A stretch of DNA of 63,015 bases, the filler included, from Rhabdomonas costata (lineage: Eukaryota): the NCBI GenBank assembly GCA_019059605.1. It is 43 parts of 43 records of this genome, joined end to end, with 100 filler letters (N's around TTAATTAATTAA, not from the genome) between each part and the next. Parts side by side here need not be neighbours in the genome. Positions count along the whole stretch, not along the records: positions 52,850 to 54,215 come from JAHMHO010018052.1; positions 54,316 to 55,682 come from JAHMHO010018053.1; positions 55,783 to 57,149 come from JAHMHO010018054.1; positions 57,250 to 58,613 come from JAHMHO010018055.1; positions 58,714 to 60,080 come from JAHMHO010018056.1; positions 60,181 to 61,548 come from JAHMHO010018057.1; positions 61,649 to 63,015 come from JAHMHO010018058.1; 36 more parts are not named here. One strand, given 5' to 3'. Position 1 is the first letter of the stretch, and each line of letters opens with the position of its first letter. This document shows, in pieces, positions 52,750 to 63,015 of the stretch. The position numbers and the translations under genes are program-made. The notes under the pieces were generated by a model, which worked only from the letters and a program-made list of their open reading frames with translations, was not told the origin of the DNA and ran no database searches.

Positions 52750-53636
52750 NNNNNNNNNNNNNNNNNNNNNNNNNNNNNNNNNNNNNNNNNNNNTTAATTA
52801 ATTAANNNNNNNNNNNNNNNNNNNNNNNNNNNNNNNNNNNNNNNNNNNNGGTGGTTGTGGAAGCGGGGAAGGTGCGGTCTGCCTCAACTGCAGGGCATGA
52901 ATGTAGCACTGCTGGATGAGGTGCAGGTGATGCTCATCCAAAGCGGTGGTGGTGGGGTGGACAGACATCGCCATCTGAGGGAGAACGTGTCAGTTCCGTG
53001 TCATGGCTTCGTGGGTGTGTGGGATTTTGACTAAAGTTCGACGGGCACGTGGGGCGGTGTCACTCGGGTTCCGGGGACTGCAGCGTTGCGCTCGAGGGTC
53101 TCCACCTTCACGGAGAGCTGCGGCCCGAGCGCTTCGATCGCCGCCAGTATTTCCTGGGGTGAGGCTGTAGGGGGATCCCCAACAATGCGTTGGGCTTTGG
53201 GGGCGGTTCCACAGGGCCGTTGGGTGAGCTCATCGTGCGGAACGGGTAGGGTTTTAGTAATAGGTCAGGTCTCCAGAGACACGCACAGAATAGGAGTGTT
53301 AGGAGGGGTGAGTGAAAGGCTAGGGTAGGGGGGCAGAGAAGAGCAGAGTAAGAGAAGAAGAATTGATAGGCCAAAAAGATGGGGAAAGGAAATATAGAAA
53401 GACTGGTGGTTTAGAAAACACGGTGATGCAGGAGAAACTGCAGATGTTGCTGACCTCAAAGACAGGTTCTCACATTTTTTTCCCCTCATTAATCACCCCC
53501 CTTCGTTTCGCTTTGAGTGCACCCTCAGCGCTTGGGGGGGGGGGGAGGAAGGGTTATAAAAAAAGGGTTATAAAGAACAGTTTATTTTGAGACAAGAGGT
53601 CACGGCAGCAGCGCACAGGTTGTTCATGGTCCTGGC

Positions 53637-53698
53637 CATAGGCAATGCAATAACTTACACTGGCAACGAAGGAAAAGCGTTCGGTGGAGAATGCGTGG
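53637..53698 (+). repeat. Dispersed repeat family B, copy 1
   Basis: CATAGGCAATGCAATAACTTACAC and CGGTGGAGAATGCGTGG are identical to 58573-58613 apart from a 21-nt insertion at 53661-53681. Confidence 0.85.
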
Positions 53699-54845
53699 AG
53701 GAAAAATGATCATGGAGGGAAACAAGAAAGAAAAACACGGAGAACACGTTTACTGTGCAATGTTCACCGCGCAAAAGAAAACATTAAGGCGCAAGAACAA
53801 CCGAAAGTAGCTGGAAGAGACTCTATGCACATGCCTACGCCTCGCTTGCGCTCGACTAACCCTCCACCCTTACACGTCCGCCCTGATTCCTCGCCGACCT
53901 CGACAACATCCAGCTCAGTGTCCCAGCCAACGCCGACTTCCACCTCTGCCGCTCGCCTTCAGCCAACGTTCACTCCGACATTAGTCTTTACACACACAAA
54001 GTTCAGCTTGCGCCCTTGATCCGCCCTTTTCACGGTCTGATCGGGCAGCGATGCCGGAAGCCAATGCACGGGCGTGCCGGCAGGATCTTCCACAACCCGA
54101 CTTTCTTGGGCTGTGCTCCTCTCCCGCTCCTCCGGCCACCGACCAACTCCCTGCAAGCAGGATGGAGGTTGACTCGGCCAGTTCAGCGGGAATGACATGC
54201 ATTCCCCCAGGCTCGNNNNNNNNNNNNNNNNNNNNNNNNNNNNNNNNNNNNNNNNNNNNTTAATTAATTAANNNNNNNNNNNNNNNNNNNNNNNNNNNNN
54301 NNNNNNNNNNNNNNNGTTGGGGGTTGTGCACAGCAGTCAGCAGAGGAAAGGAAGAGAAAGGAGATGGACAGAAACACACACACACACACACTGCAGATTT
54401 TGATGGTTTGAGAGGAGGTGCAAAGATAGGCAGGGAGATGGCTTCTTGTCCGGCGTATCATGCGGCCTCGGGCGTGCATGCTTTGGGTGCCATGCTGTGT
54501 GCACTTGCCATGCTTTGTTCTGGTGTTGTATCCTCTTTTTTTTTTGCGTTACTTTGCTCCTTTTTCCAGTCAGTGCTGGGCTGCAGGATGTCCAGGTAAT
54601 GCTGGTGGACGCCGCGGCGGGCGCGGTGCTGGGCCAGGGCAGGTTGGTGGCGGACGAGCCCTTGCAAGGTGCTCTGTCTGAGGGTCGCCCCGCGGACCGC
54701 TCCGTGCTGGTCCGCCTGGGCCACAGCGGGGAGGTGGGATGGGTTAGCCTCCACCTCGAGGGCGAGCTCTCTAGGTTTGTGCTTGAATTTGATGTGGGTG
54801 CATCCCAGTTGGCCAACCTTGCGTAACAACAGAGTGCGACAAGTG

Positions 54846-54918
54846 CGGAGTGGACCGGTCAGGGGTGAGGCCCAATGGGCCTCGCCGGAAAAAAATTCGC
54901 CCTTGGCAGGTGCACAAA
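54846..54918 (+). repeat. Short, internally deleted copy of repeat family A
   Basis: GTGAGGCCCAATGGGCCT matches the reverse complement of 14082-14099 at 16/18. AAAAATTCGCCCTTGGCAGGTGCACAAA matches 21557-21584. Confidence 0.65.
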
Positions 54919-56137
54919 GTGTGTTTGTGAGTATGTGTGTCTGTGCCTGTGCCTTTCAGACTTCAACAGATGGAATGTTTAGGCTGGTCTATTGCTTCAC
55001 AGGATTTGATTTCGGTCCAAAAAAAAAGGTTTCGCCCATTTTCACTCCGACTCTCACAACCGTAGACGTAGACAAGGCAGGCTTTAGCTCGGCGATAAAT
55101 CGTACTGTGAGCAGGTGCATGATTCCGATGTTGTTTCTTGGTACCACTTTTTGTTTTTTGCCCGGCGCAGTGAGAACGCCTCCGTGCAGCCCCCTCTTCT
55201 CAGGTAAACACCGTATTCTGTTCTTCCTTCCTTGCTAGGTTGGTACATGGAACTTCTCCCGCGAGCAGACAGGGAGTGTCCCATTTTATGTGTGAACCTG
55301 CAGGCTCTATTGAAAGGAAATGCGAAAAACTGACAAATTTGTCCGCTGTTCGGGCAGGGCAGGGCAGGGCAGGGTATCCGCAGCGGTGGAACGGAACGGA
55401 AGTGACCGTCGCTGTGTTGCCCACTTGCACCCACACTCGACACTCGGATGGTCGTCAGCCCCTTGTGCAATGTCGGCCTCGACATTGCTCTCATGTTGCT
55501 CTTCTTCTGCTGCTCTCATTTTCATACTCGCGCTGTTGCAGCCAGCGGCTCGGCAGCACACATCGACGGCAGCAGTTATATCTGTAATCATCATCAAGCG
55601 CCCACACCCCCACACACACAACACAATTTTTCTTCCGTTTCTGCAGCGTGGTGGAGCCGCCCCAGCTGACTGCCCACACCACNNNNNNNNNNNNNNNNNN
55701 NNNNNNNNNNNNNNNNNNNNNNNNNNTTAATTAATTAANNNNNNNNNNNNNNNNNNNNNNNNNNNNNNNNNNNNNNNNNNNNAGCCTTCGAGTCGGCGGT
55801 CCGGACCACCTCCATCGGTTGGCTTCCTATCATGAACCTGGGGGTAGGACAAAACACCCCCCCCCCCGAGGCTTCGGCTACTTTCGCGCAAAAGTACAGC
55901 TCCACGTAAAATTGGTAACGGACACACACATACACAGACATGCCTATACACTAAATCCTACACTGCACTGCGTTTCGTTATGGGAAAAAGGAAAGAAAGG
56001 GGGAGGGGGAAATTGTCACGGTAGAATCGTGTGCGTCCCAAAATGAGGGGGAAGAAAGCAACTGGTGAAAAGCACGCACGCACTTCCCGACACAGTTTAC
56101 GCTCTCCTGATGCCCCTCCCACCCCTCCTCCTCGCAG

Positions 56138-56440
56138 GTGCTTTCGGGGGAATTCGACAGAACTGCTAAGATTTGGGACTTGCGCTCGGGGCAGTGCGAG
56201 ATGACTCTCTCTGGTCACACTCATGGTGTCAATGAGGCGGTGTTCGCCTTGCCCGACCCGCGACGTGTCGTCACCGCCAGCTCGGACCACACGCTGCGGG
56301 TTTGGGACCTGCGAGCTGGGGCGGCGGTTGCCGAGCTAAGGGGACACAAGGACGAGGTGAAGTGCTGCGCGGCAAGGGGTCAGGCCGCGGTGAGCGGCAG
56401 CGTGAATCAGACGCTGGCGACGTGGCTGCTGCCCCCATGA
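56138..56440 (+). CDS. WD40-repeat protein, terminal exon
   Basis: CGCAG acceptor, then VLSGEFDRTAKIWDL...LSGHTHGV...VVTASSDHTLRVWDL...LRGHKDEV, ending in TGA. Confidence 0.92.
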   Translation: MLSGEFDRTAKIWDLRSGQCEMTLSGHTHGVNEAVFALPDPRRVVTASSDHTLRVWDLRAGAAVAELRGHKDEVKCCAARGQAAVSGSVNQTLATWLLPP

Positions 56441-57498
56441 GGAACTGAGCTGAGATATTTTCATGCTGGGCACAGGGGTGCATAGCAGATGTGCATAACA
56501 ACCCCATTGTACGTATTCTTGTGTTTTTGTTTTGTTTCTGCTTCTGTGCAGATGAATTCCTGTTGTTGTTGTTTGCTAGGGTCCTACAAGCAATGCTCAC
56601 GCAGTGCCCGACCTTTTCATGCAGTTTTTGGGGGCTGCCCTTGGGCGTGCAGAGAGGGACGCAGGCGTGATAAGTTTTAACACTGCTCCCTCCGGCCTAA
56701 GATGTAGTATTGTCAAAATTACCGTTAAGAAGGCGTGGAGGAGCGGTTCGAGGTTTCCAGCAGCATCCATCTTTATTTTCTGTCGGCCTTCGAACGTGCA
56801 TCTACGGTCACCATTGAAATGTGGGGGAGGGGCGTTTCCTTCGGCTGCAACCTTCACCATTCACCCTTTACGCTATTCGCTGGGGATTTGCCAAAATCCC
56901 CCCCCCTCGCCCCTCAAGACCGCAGTCCGAGATAGAAATGGGCCAAAGGACCTCGCTCGGGCACTGCAATTTGAGCTGGACTAACCGATTGGAGTCCCTA
57001 TTTGGTGGGATGGTGGTAATTCTGAGTTCATTGTGGGTAGCAGCTTGTTGATTTGTCTCATTGGGTCATTGACCTTCTCAGCATTTCCAAGGGCCTGGTA
57101 AGCCCTTCGAGCTGAAGGGTAGTGCTGAGAAGGTCAATGACCCAACACANNNNNNNNNNNNNNNNNNNNNNNNNNNNNNNNNNNNNNNNNNNNTTAATTA
57201 ATTAANNNNNNNNNNNNNNNNNNNNNNNNNNNNNNNNNNNNNNNNNNNNGGGGGGGAGGGCGACAAAAATGGCAAAGCTGGGCCTAAAACATGACACTTG
57301 TGGGTGGAACTGGTCGCAGTTGTGAAGAAAACAAACAGGGGGATGTGGAGATCGGGAGAGGTTAATGACCGACAGTTGGAATAGAACCGAATATGGGATC
57401 TTCGAATCATGGTACAGGTAGAGATGGGAACGAAAGCCACATACCTGCGTTTAGCTTCTGAATGAGCCCTTATTTCTGTTGATCCGTCTGCAACGCAG

Positions 57499-57793
57499 GC
57501 AAGCTTTGGATGCGCTTGGGCTCAAGAGGTACTGCTGCCGAAGAATGATTCTCACTCATGTCGATCTCATTGAGAAACTTTTGGCTTACAACAGTATGTG
57601 TACCCCTTTTTTGTGGACTTCGAAGCACTTCCTCGTGGTTCAAATTTTCGTTTCACCTGCTTTGCTCGTCTTGTCAGCTCCGGAGAGAAACGCTGGGGGG
57701 GCTGTTCTTACCGGCGCTGTGCCCCGAGGTGCATCCTCCCTTCCGGGGTCAGCCTCTGCACCTCCATCCCTGACTCCCAGGGCAGCCACATAG
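57499..57793 (+). CDS. RPB10: RNA polymerase I/II/III shared subunit RPB10 (RPABC5), 5' partial; exons 57499-57593, 57678-57793
   Basis: [30 protein letters not shown] is the RPB10 signature. An 84-nt GTATGT...TCAG intron follows. Confidence 0.95.
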
Positions 57794-58572
57794 CAAACCT
57801 CCTGTGCCACGACATTGTTCTCAGTGTTCGCACAGCCCTGTACAGCATTGCATTGCACTGACTGTCTTGGGTCCTTCTGCTCGCGAAGTTTCAGGTGGAA
57901 ACCTGTTCAATAAAGTCCAATTTTGGTCGGCAGCTTTGGTCAGCAGTCCAATTGTTTCGTTGGAAGGTGTTGTTGTTGAGCACTCTTGCTCAGGTACTGC
58001 GGGTGAACGCGGTGCCGGGCACATGGACCTCACTCCCTTCCTATATTTCTCTCGGTTTCGTCGAAGCAAGGGTTGCTGCGACCAAACTTGTAGAATATTC
58101 GCCATTTCATGGAAGAAGTTATTTTTATGAGAAAGTTAATTGTTTGAAGTGGTCATCCCTGGACAAAAGAAAAGATTCTTTGACAGAGTTGAAGGTTTTT
58201 GCGTCATCTTCACTTTCTCCAAGCTTCTTCTTTGTTTGAGAATAACTCCTGGGGTTAGGGGCACGCGGGGCTGTGGTGTTTTTGTGACCAGTCATTCACC
58301 GTCGTTCGCATGTCTTGCAACGTTATTCCTGTAACTGCGCGGCCGCTGCCTGGCCTCTTCGCCTCCTGCCTGTCCACTGCTCCGGAGGACGTCGCTACTG
58401 TTGCAGGTTGCCGCAGCTGGCCACCCTCCCAACTTTCAGCATTTTGCCGTTTCAAGCAACATGCCGAAACCCAATGCCAGTTTTGGTATAAAAACGTAAT
58501 AAAAGGAAAGACTGTATAACGTAATAAAAGGAAAAGAAGTGCCAAGCGGGTTCCCCCCCCCCTTTTTTTTTT

Positions 58573-58613
58573 CATAGGCAATGCAATAACTTACACCGGT
58601 GGAGAATGCGTGG
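58573..58613 (+). repeat. Dispersed repeat family B, copy 2 (cut by the contig end)
   Basis: Matches 53637-53698 and is preceded by a poly-C/poly-T tract. Confidence 0.85.
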
Positions 58614-60566
58614 NNNNNNNNNNNNNNNNNNNNNNNNNNNNNNNNNNNNNNNNNNNNTTAATTAATTAANNNNNNNNNNNNNNNNNNNNNNNNNNNNNNN
58701 NNNNNNNNNNNNNCGGGCTGGTTTCCTTCCATAAGGCCAGAAGTTTTAATTTTTAATTTTTATAAATGGTGGTAGGCTCCACAGCGTTGTGCAGCACCAT
58801 GTCAAAATGCATCGGCTGCAAAGAATGAGCCACTTGAGGCGTCACAAAAAGCGTGTACGCCTGCTTCCCAACTGGAGCACGTGTGGCTGCGTGGTAAAAA
58901 AAGACTCTAATGCACCAGCAATGGCCTCTTTCAAGCTGACTGGCTTGTAATATTTTACCACTTCGCGAATGTGATAGCGGTCAAGTGCTTTTGTCATTTT
59001 CACAATCATTGCAGGGTTAACTGTGAGACCTCATCGGGCAGCTTTCTATGTTTCATTCCCGCGTAGCATTTCAGTTCTCAGTGCAGAAACCGCTAGATGT
59101 TCCCCGTGTATTTGTTGAACTGCTGGTTTTTTTGTCAACTTGAGGAGGTGATACGCTTGCGAAGTCTACTGAGTTTATAAATTGCGCTCGGAGAACTACG
59201 GCTGGTTAGATGTGTTACCGTTATGCCAATTATGGAAAAGTTTACCACCACTCCTGAAAAAATATACGGAAAACTAACCAAGTGGAGACAAGTAATAGTC
59301 TCGAAAGCTGTCCCTGTAAAAATAATTCTGTGACAACAATGAAGTGCATGCTCTGTAAACCATATCGCTTTTACGCCCACCACTGGCGCGTGTGGTTTAT
59401 TACAGCATAACTGTTCACATGATTTAATTCTTGGCGGAAGAAGCCGATCCGGCACACTTGGCTGGGCAAAACTAGTGTCTTACTCCGCTTTCACGGCTGG
59501 GAGACAGACGCCATATATTGGAATGGGGGAAATGGTCTTACAACAGGTTTGAGAAAAAACCAATACCCAAATCATTAAGAAATAAAGTAAGGTACAACGT
59601 AAACTCAGAACTGCGCCATACCACATGGCTGTTTTTAAATCATATCTTTACCTTCCTTCTCAACAAACAGCTGGTTAGAGAATTAATAATTCGCTTCAAA
59701 AGATCAATGCACTCACGGAATCACTCTCTTCGAAGCCTATTTCCAACTGCCTTTTAGGTTACCAGTCAAGGAAACAGTCCGGGTTCATCACATAACATGT
59801 CACCAGACAGCGGCATTCCTATATGCTGAAAAGACTTCGAATAGAAAACCGTCACCTGCCATTTTCTGAGTTTCCTGGTGTAACGTACCCGTACCTTATT
59901 TAATTTAATAGATTTATCACTTACACATAACAGCCCATATTTAGAACAAAAATTCCAGATTACTCCTCCGAAAACATTATGGGTATCGTCACTACCGTGT
60001 GTACTGCACTGGATCCGGCAGAAAAAAGGCGCAAAATACAACCTTCCAACATTCGTGGTGTCGCAATGTGGTAGTGGCGTNNNNNNNNNNNNNNNNNNNN
60101 NNNNNNNNNNNNNNNNNNNNNNNNTTAATTAATTAANNNNNNNNNNNNNNNNNNNNNNNNNNNNNNNNNNNNNNNNNNNNTACGCATCTGGTCCCGTTCC
60201 AGTCTCAGATGGCGAGTGGGAGGACGCACACACACACACTTTGAGCACTTGGCCGGGACGACTTTTTTCTGGGGAAGACACACACACACACACACACACA
60301 CACCGCCCGATACCTCTTTCGAGTGACGACCGGACGATTGTTGATTGCTTTTCAAGAATACCAGTTCCCCAGAACCGGAACCTTCGGCAGTCCCCTGTCA
60401 ACCTTTGATGACTCACCGTCCGCCAACACCACGTGAGCAGTAATCTGTGCTTATCCGATCGTGGCCAATGCCCCCATGTGTGGCGTGCAACCATGCTTGC
60501 AAACCGGAAGACAACCATGGGTCTCGGATGGATGAACCAGAGTTCAAAGCACTTCGTGCAGTATAC

Positions 60567-61236
60567 CGGAATGATCTCTGCGTTGGCGTCAAAGCTGAGC
60601 TCGTAGTCGTTGGGGAGGTTGCTGAACCTCTTGTTCGCTGCCTTGACGTTCCCCTTGGAGAAGTAGTACACCTGCAAAGAAGATAGTGTGGTCGTCCCGA
60701 AAGGAAGTCCAGTGACACCATTGGCATTGTAAGACTTGGGAAGTGGGACAGTGTGCTTACAACATCCACGCGGCAGAACTCTGACAGTGAGACAAGTATG
60801 CATCGCAGAGGTTACATTTGAATGGAACAACTTAACTTTACGTCCTGGCCAAAACTTCAGCAATTTAGAAACAACCCAAGCGCAAAAATCATCCAAAACG
60901 CCGCTCTGATTGCACCTCTGACGCTTATCTCAAAGTCCAATCGATTGTCCAGTGTTCAGCAGCACGAAGTACAATTCACCGAAACAAGCCAATTGTCGGG
61001 GGAACGAGTTCCATTCGAGACGAAGAGAAAAGCCATGTCCCAACTTCCTCCCTTTTTTCACCTTGTCATTCTCGATGAGGTCGTAGAACTTGTCCACGGC
61101 GTCGTTGAACAGCGTGGCGCGGATGGCGTCCTTCTTTTCGTCAACCAAAGTGAACGAGAAAAGCTGCCCCTGTCCCGAGGGCTTCGACCACGACTTCTTC
61201 GTACTCTTGTCCAGAACCCGAGCCTTGATCCACCAC
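60567..61236 (-). CDS. RPA1: Replication protein A large subunit, DBD-A OB fold; exons 61236-61062, 60671-60567
   Basis: WWIKARVLDKSTKKSWSKPSGQGQLFSFTLVDEKKDAIRATLFNDAVDKFYDLIENDK|VYYFSKGNVKAANKRFSNLPNDYELSFD. Confidence 0.95.
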
Positions 61237-63015
61237 CTGTGCATACGAGAGGCAATCTGTTTTTCTGCCCCCGCAGCGACAAAAGAACAACAGAAAAAGA
61301 AAACAGAAACAACTTGGCTTGTTTTGCTTCCATCCCTTCTGCTGTCGCTGTGACTATGGGACTCCCCCCCCTCGTCAATCCAACCGAAAAACAATCCAAA
61401 CGCACTCTGCAAAAAACCAGTCGCACCACATGATTGCAAGTGAATGAAAGAGAGAAGCCCTCCCTCCCTCCCTCTCTCCTTCAATGGCGCCCCTCTTTGC
61501 TCCCTCTTGTCTTCAGTCGTTACTGTGTGTACGGACATCCAGCCCACANNNNNNNNNNNNNNNNNNNNNNNNNNNNNNNNNNNNNNNNNNNNTTAATTAA
61601 TTAANNNNNNNNNNNNNNNNNNNNNNNNNNNNNNNNNNNNNNNNNNNNAGCAGAGAAAATTTCTTTTGGTTAGATAAGACTTAGGAATCTCAAGAGTTGG
61701 TGAAGAAGATGTGCATTTTGACAAGATGTTCTAGGCACAGTGCAGGACTTCGATTCGCTGTGAGGAGCAGATAACGTGCAATCGATGTGACATGGGATTT
61801 AGAGTTGGGAGGGGGGGGGGCGGAGAAGGTAACACCGTCACCGACAACCGACGACAAGAGACGACACGTAGTTCGCCGTCGCCCACATCTTTCCCTCGCT
61901 CGAGGACTCAGGCTGCCTCATTTGTCATTAGCAGTTCCCGTCAGCGATTTCGGCAAGTCCCCTATTCCGGATACTCGCTACAGTTATCAGGCTTGCCATC
62001 AGGAAGAACAATTTGCCCCAATGAGCACCCACGAGGCACCACCAGGAAACCTTGTTATCCCACGATGCAAACAACAGGCTGAAAAGCCAACAGTGGGGAA
62101 ACGCATGTTTTAACGGAACTGTCTTGGAGGCTCGAAAGCCAAAGAGATCCTAGCTGGAGAGTACATACGCCAAGGCAGCGGGTACTCCGTGTAGAACCGC
62201 TTCGCGCCGAAGTACGTGAAATGCTTCGGCTTCAAAGGCTGCGCACAAACACCAAACGGGATCGAACAAAACGCCTGTCCTCCTGACGAGAGTGCACTCC
62301 GCAACCGCAACCGAATTGTTCCCCCGGCGCACGTCTCCTGTGTGAATTCAGTCCAAGAGACTTCGACGTGAGGCCGAGCTTGGGTTTACTGAAGCCCACC
62401 ACAGAAACCGAATGCCCTCAAACTGGCCAGTACGGTCATCGGATCGGATGAAGACCCGAGCTCCCAAAGCGCATAGTAGAATAGATATTCAACATCCTGG
62501 TTGTGGTTGTCGCTCATGGCAAAATGTGTTTCCCAAAATAGTCTTGACCCAGCCTCTTAAAAAGCTCCTCCGCAGAGTGGAGCACAAAGGAGATCCACAG
62601 GGGTATTCCCAATAGCCTACCCCAAGTACAGGGTGTCCCATTAAAAATAAGAATTATACTTTTTGAATACAACCTACTGTAAATTAGGGGGTGCTGCCTG
62701 TATTTTCTTCGTTTTCATTCATGTGGTAGCCTCTTCTGCGGACCCAAACCCACACTGCTGAAAGTTTAAAAAGAAGATCTGACAGGAAGATAAAAATGCG
62801 ACCGGCAGCAGAGCACTGCTGTCTGCAAAGGCTGTCTGACTTCCGGCGCCGCAAGCACTTGCACAGCGGAAGCGTGATTTAGATTTTTCGCAATAGCCCT
62901 TTGGCATATTTCGACTGCACAAAACGGCCAAAAACTGTGCAAAAATTTTTTTCCGCCACTTCGATGTAATCTTCCTATTCCCCCAAACAATTCAACACGG
63001 AGGAGGCCAAAACCC

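Noticed and set aside
57061-57145. 23-bp inverted repeat (and a 13-bp one at 21894-21928)
   Set aside because: Both are at contig ends next to C/A primer-like tails and are most likely artefacts.

Overview
This window is not contiguous DNA. It is 43 unlinked contigs of about 1.37 kb, joined by 100-nt spacers (N44-TTAATTAATTAA-N44, which puts stops in all six frames). Many contigs start with G/T-only sequence and end with C/A-only sequence, and several end in perfect foldback hairpins. This fits a whole-genome-amplified, probably single-cell, library. The DNA is from an intron-rich eukaryote: every intron I could define against a recognisable protein is GT-AG. The RPA1 fragment looks kinetoplastid-like from memory, which suggests a euglenozoan, but that is inference. 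Recognisable gene fragments are a histidine kinase, PRP43/DHX15, SF3A1, RPA1, RPB10, a PDR/ABCG transporter, a KP-43/TagC-type subtilase, a WD40 protein, a kinase C-lobe, a PstS-like binding domain, a hemerythrin and an intron-containing [FeFe]-hydrogenase whose reading frame continues past the usual end. A further gene has hnRNP-Q acidic-domain-like repeats flanking a CCCH zinc finger. There are also Ty3/gypsy and non-LTR reverse transcriptase relics, an AT-rich virus-like relic and at least two dispersed non-coding repeat families. Because the contigs are unlinked, adjacency carries no information and some could come from prey or contaminants.
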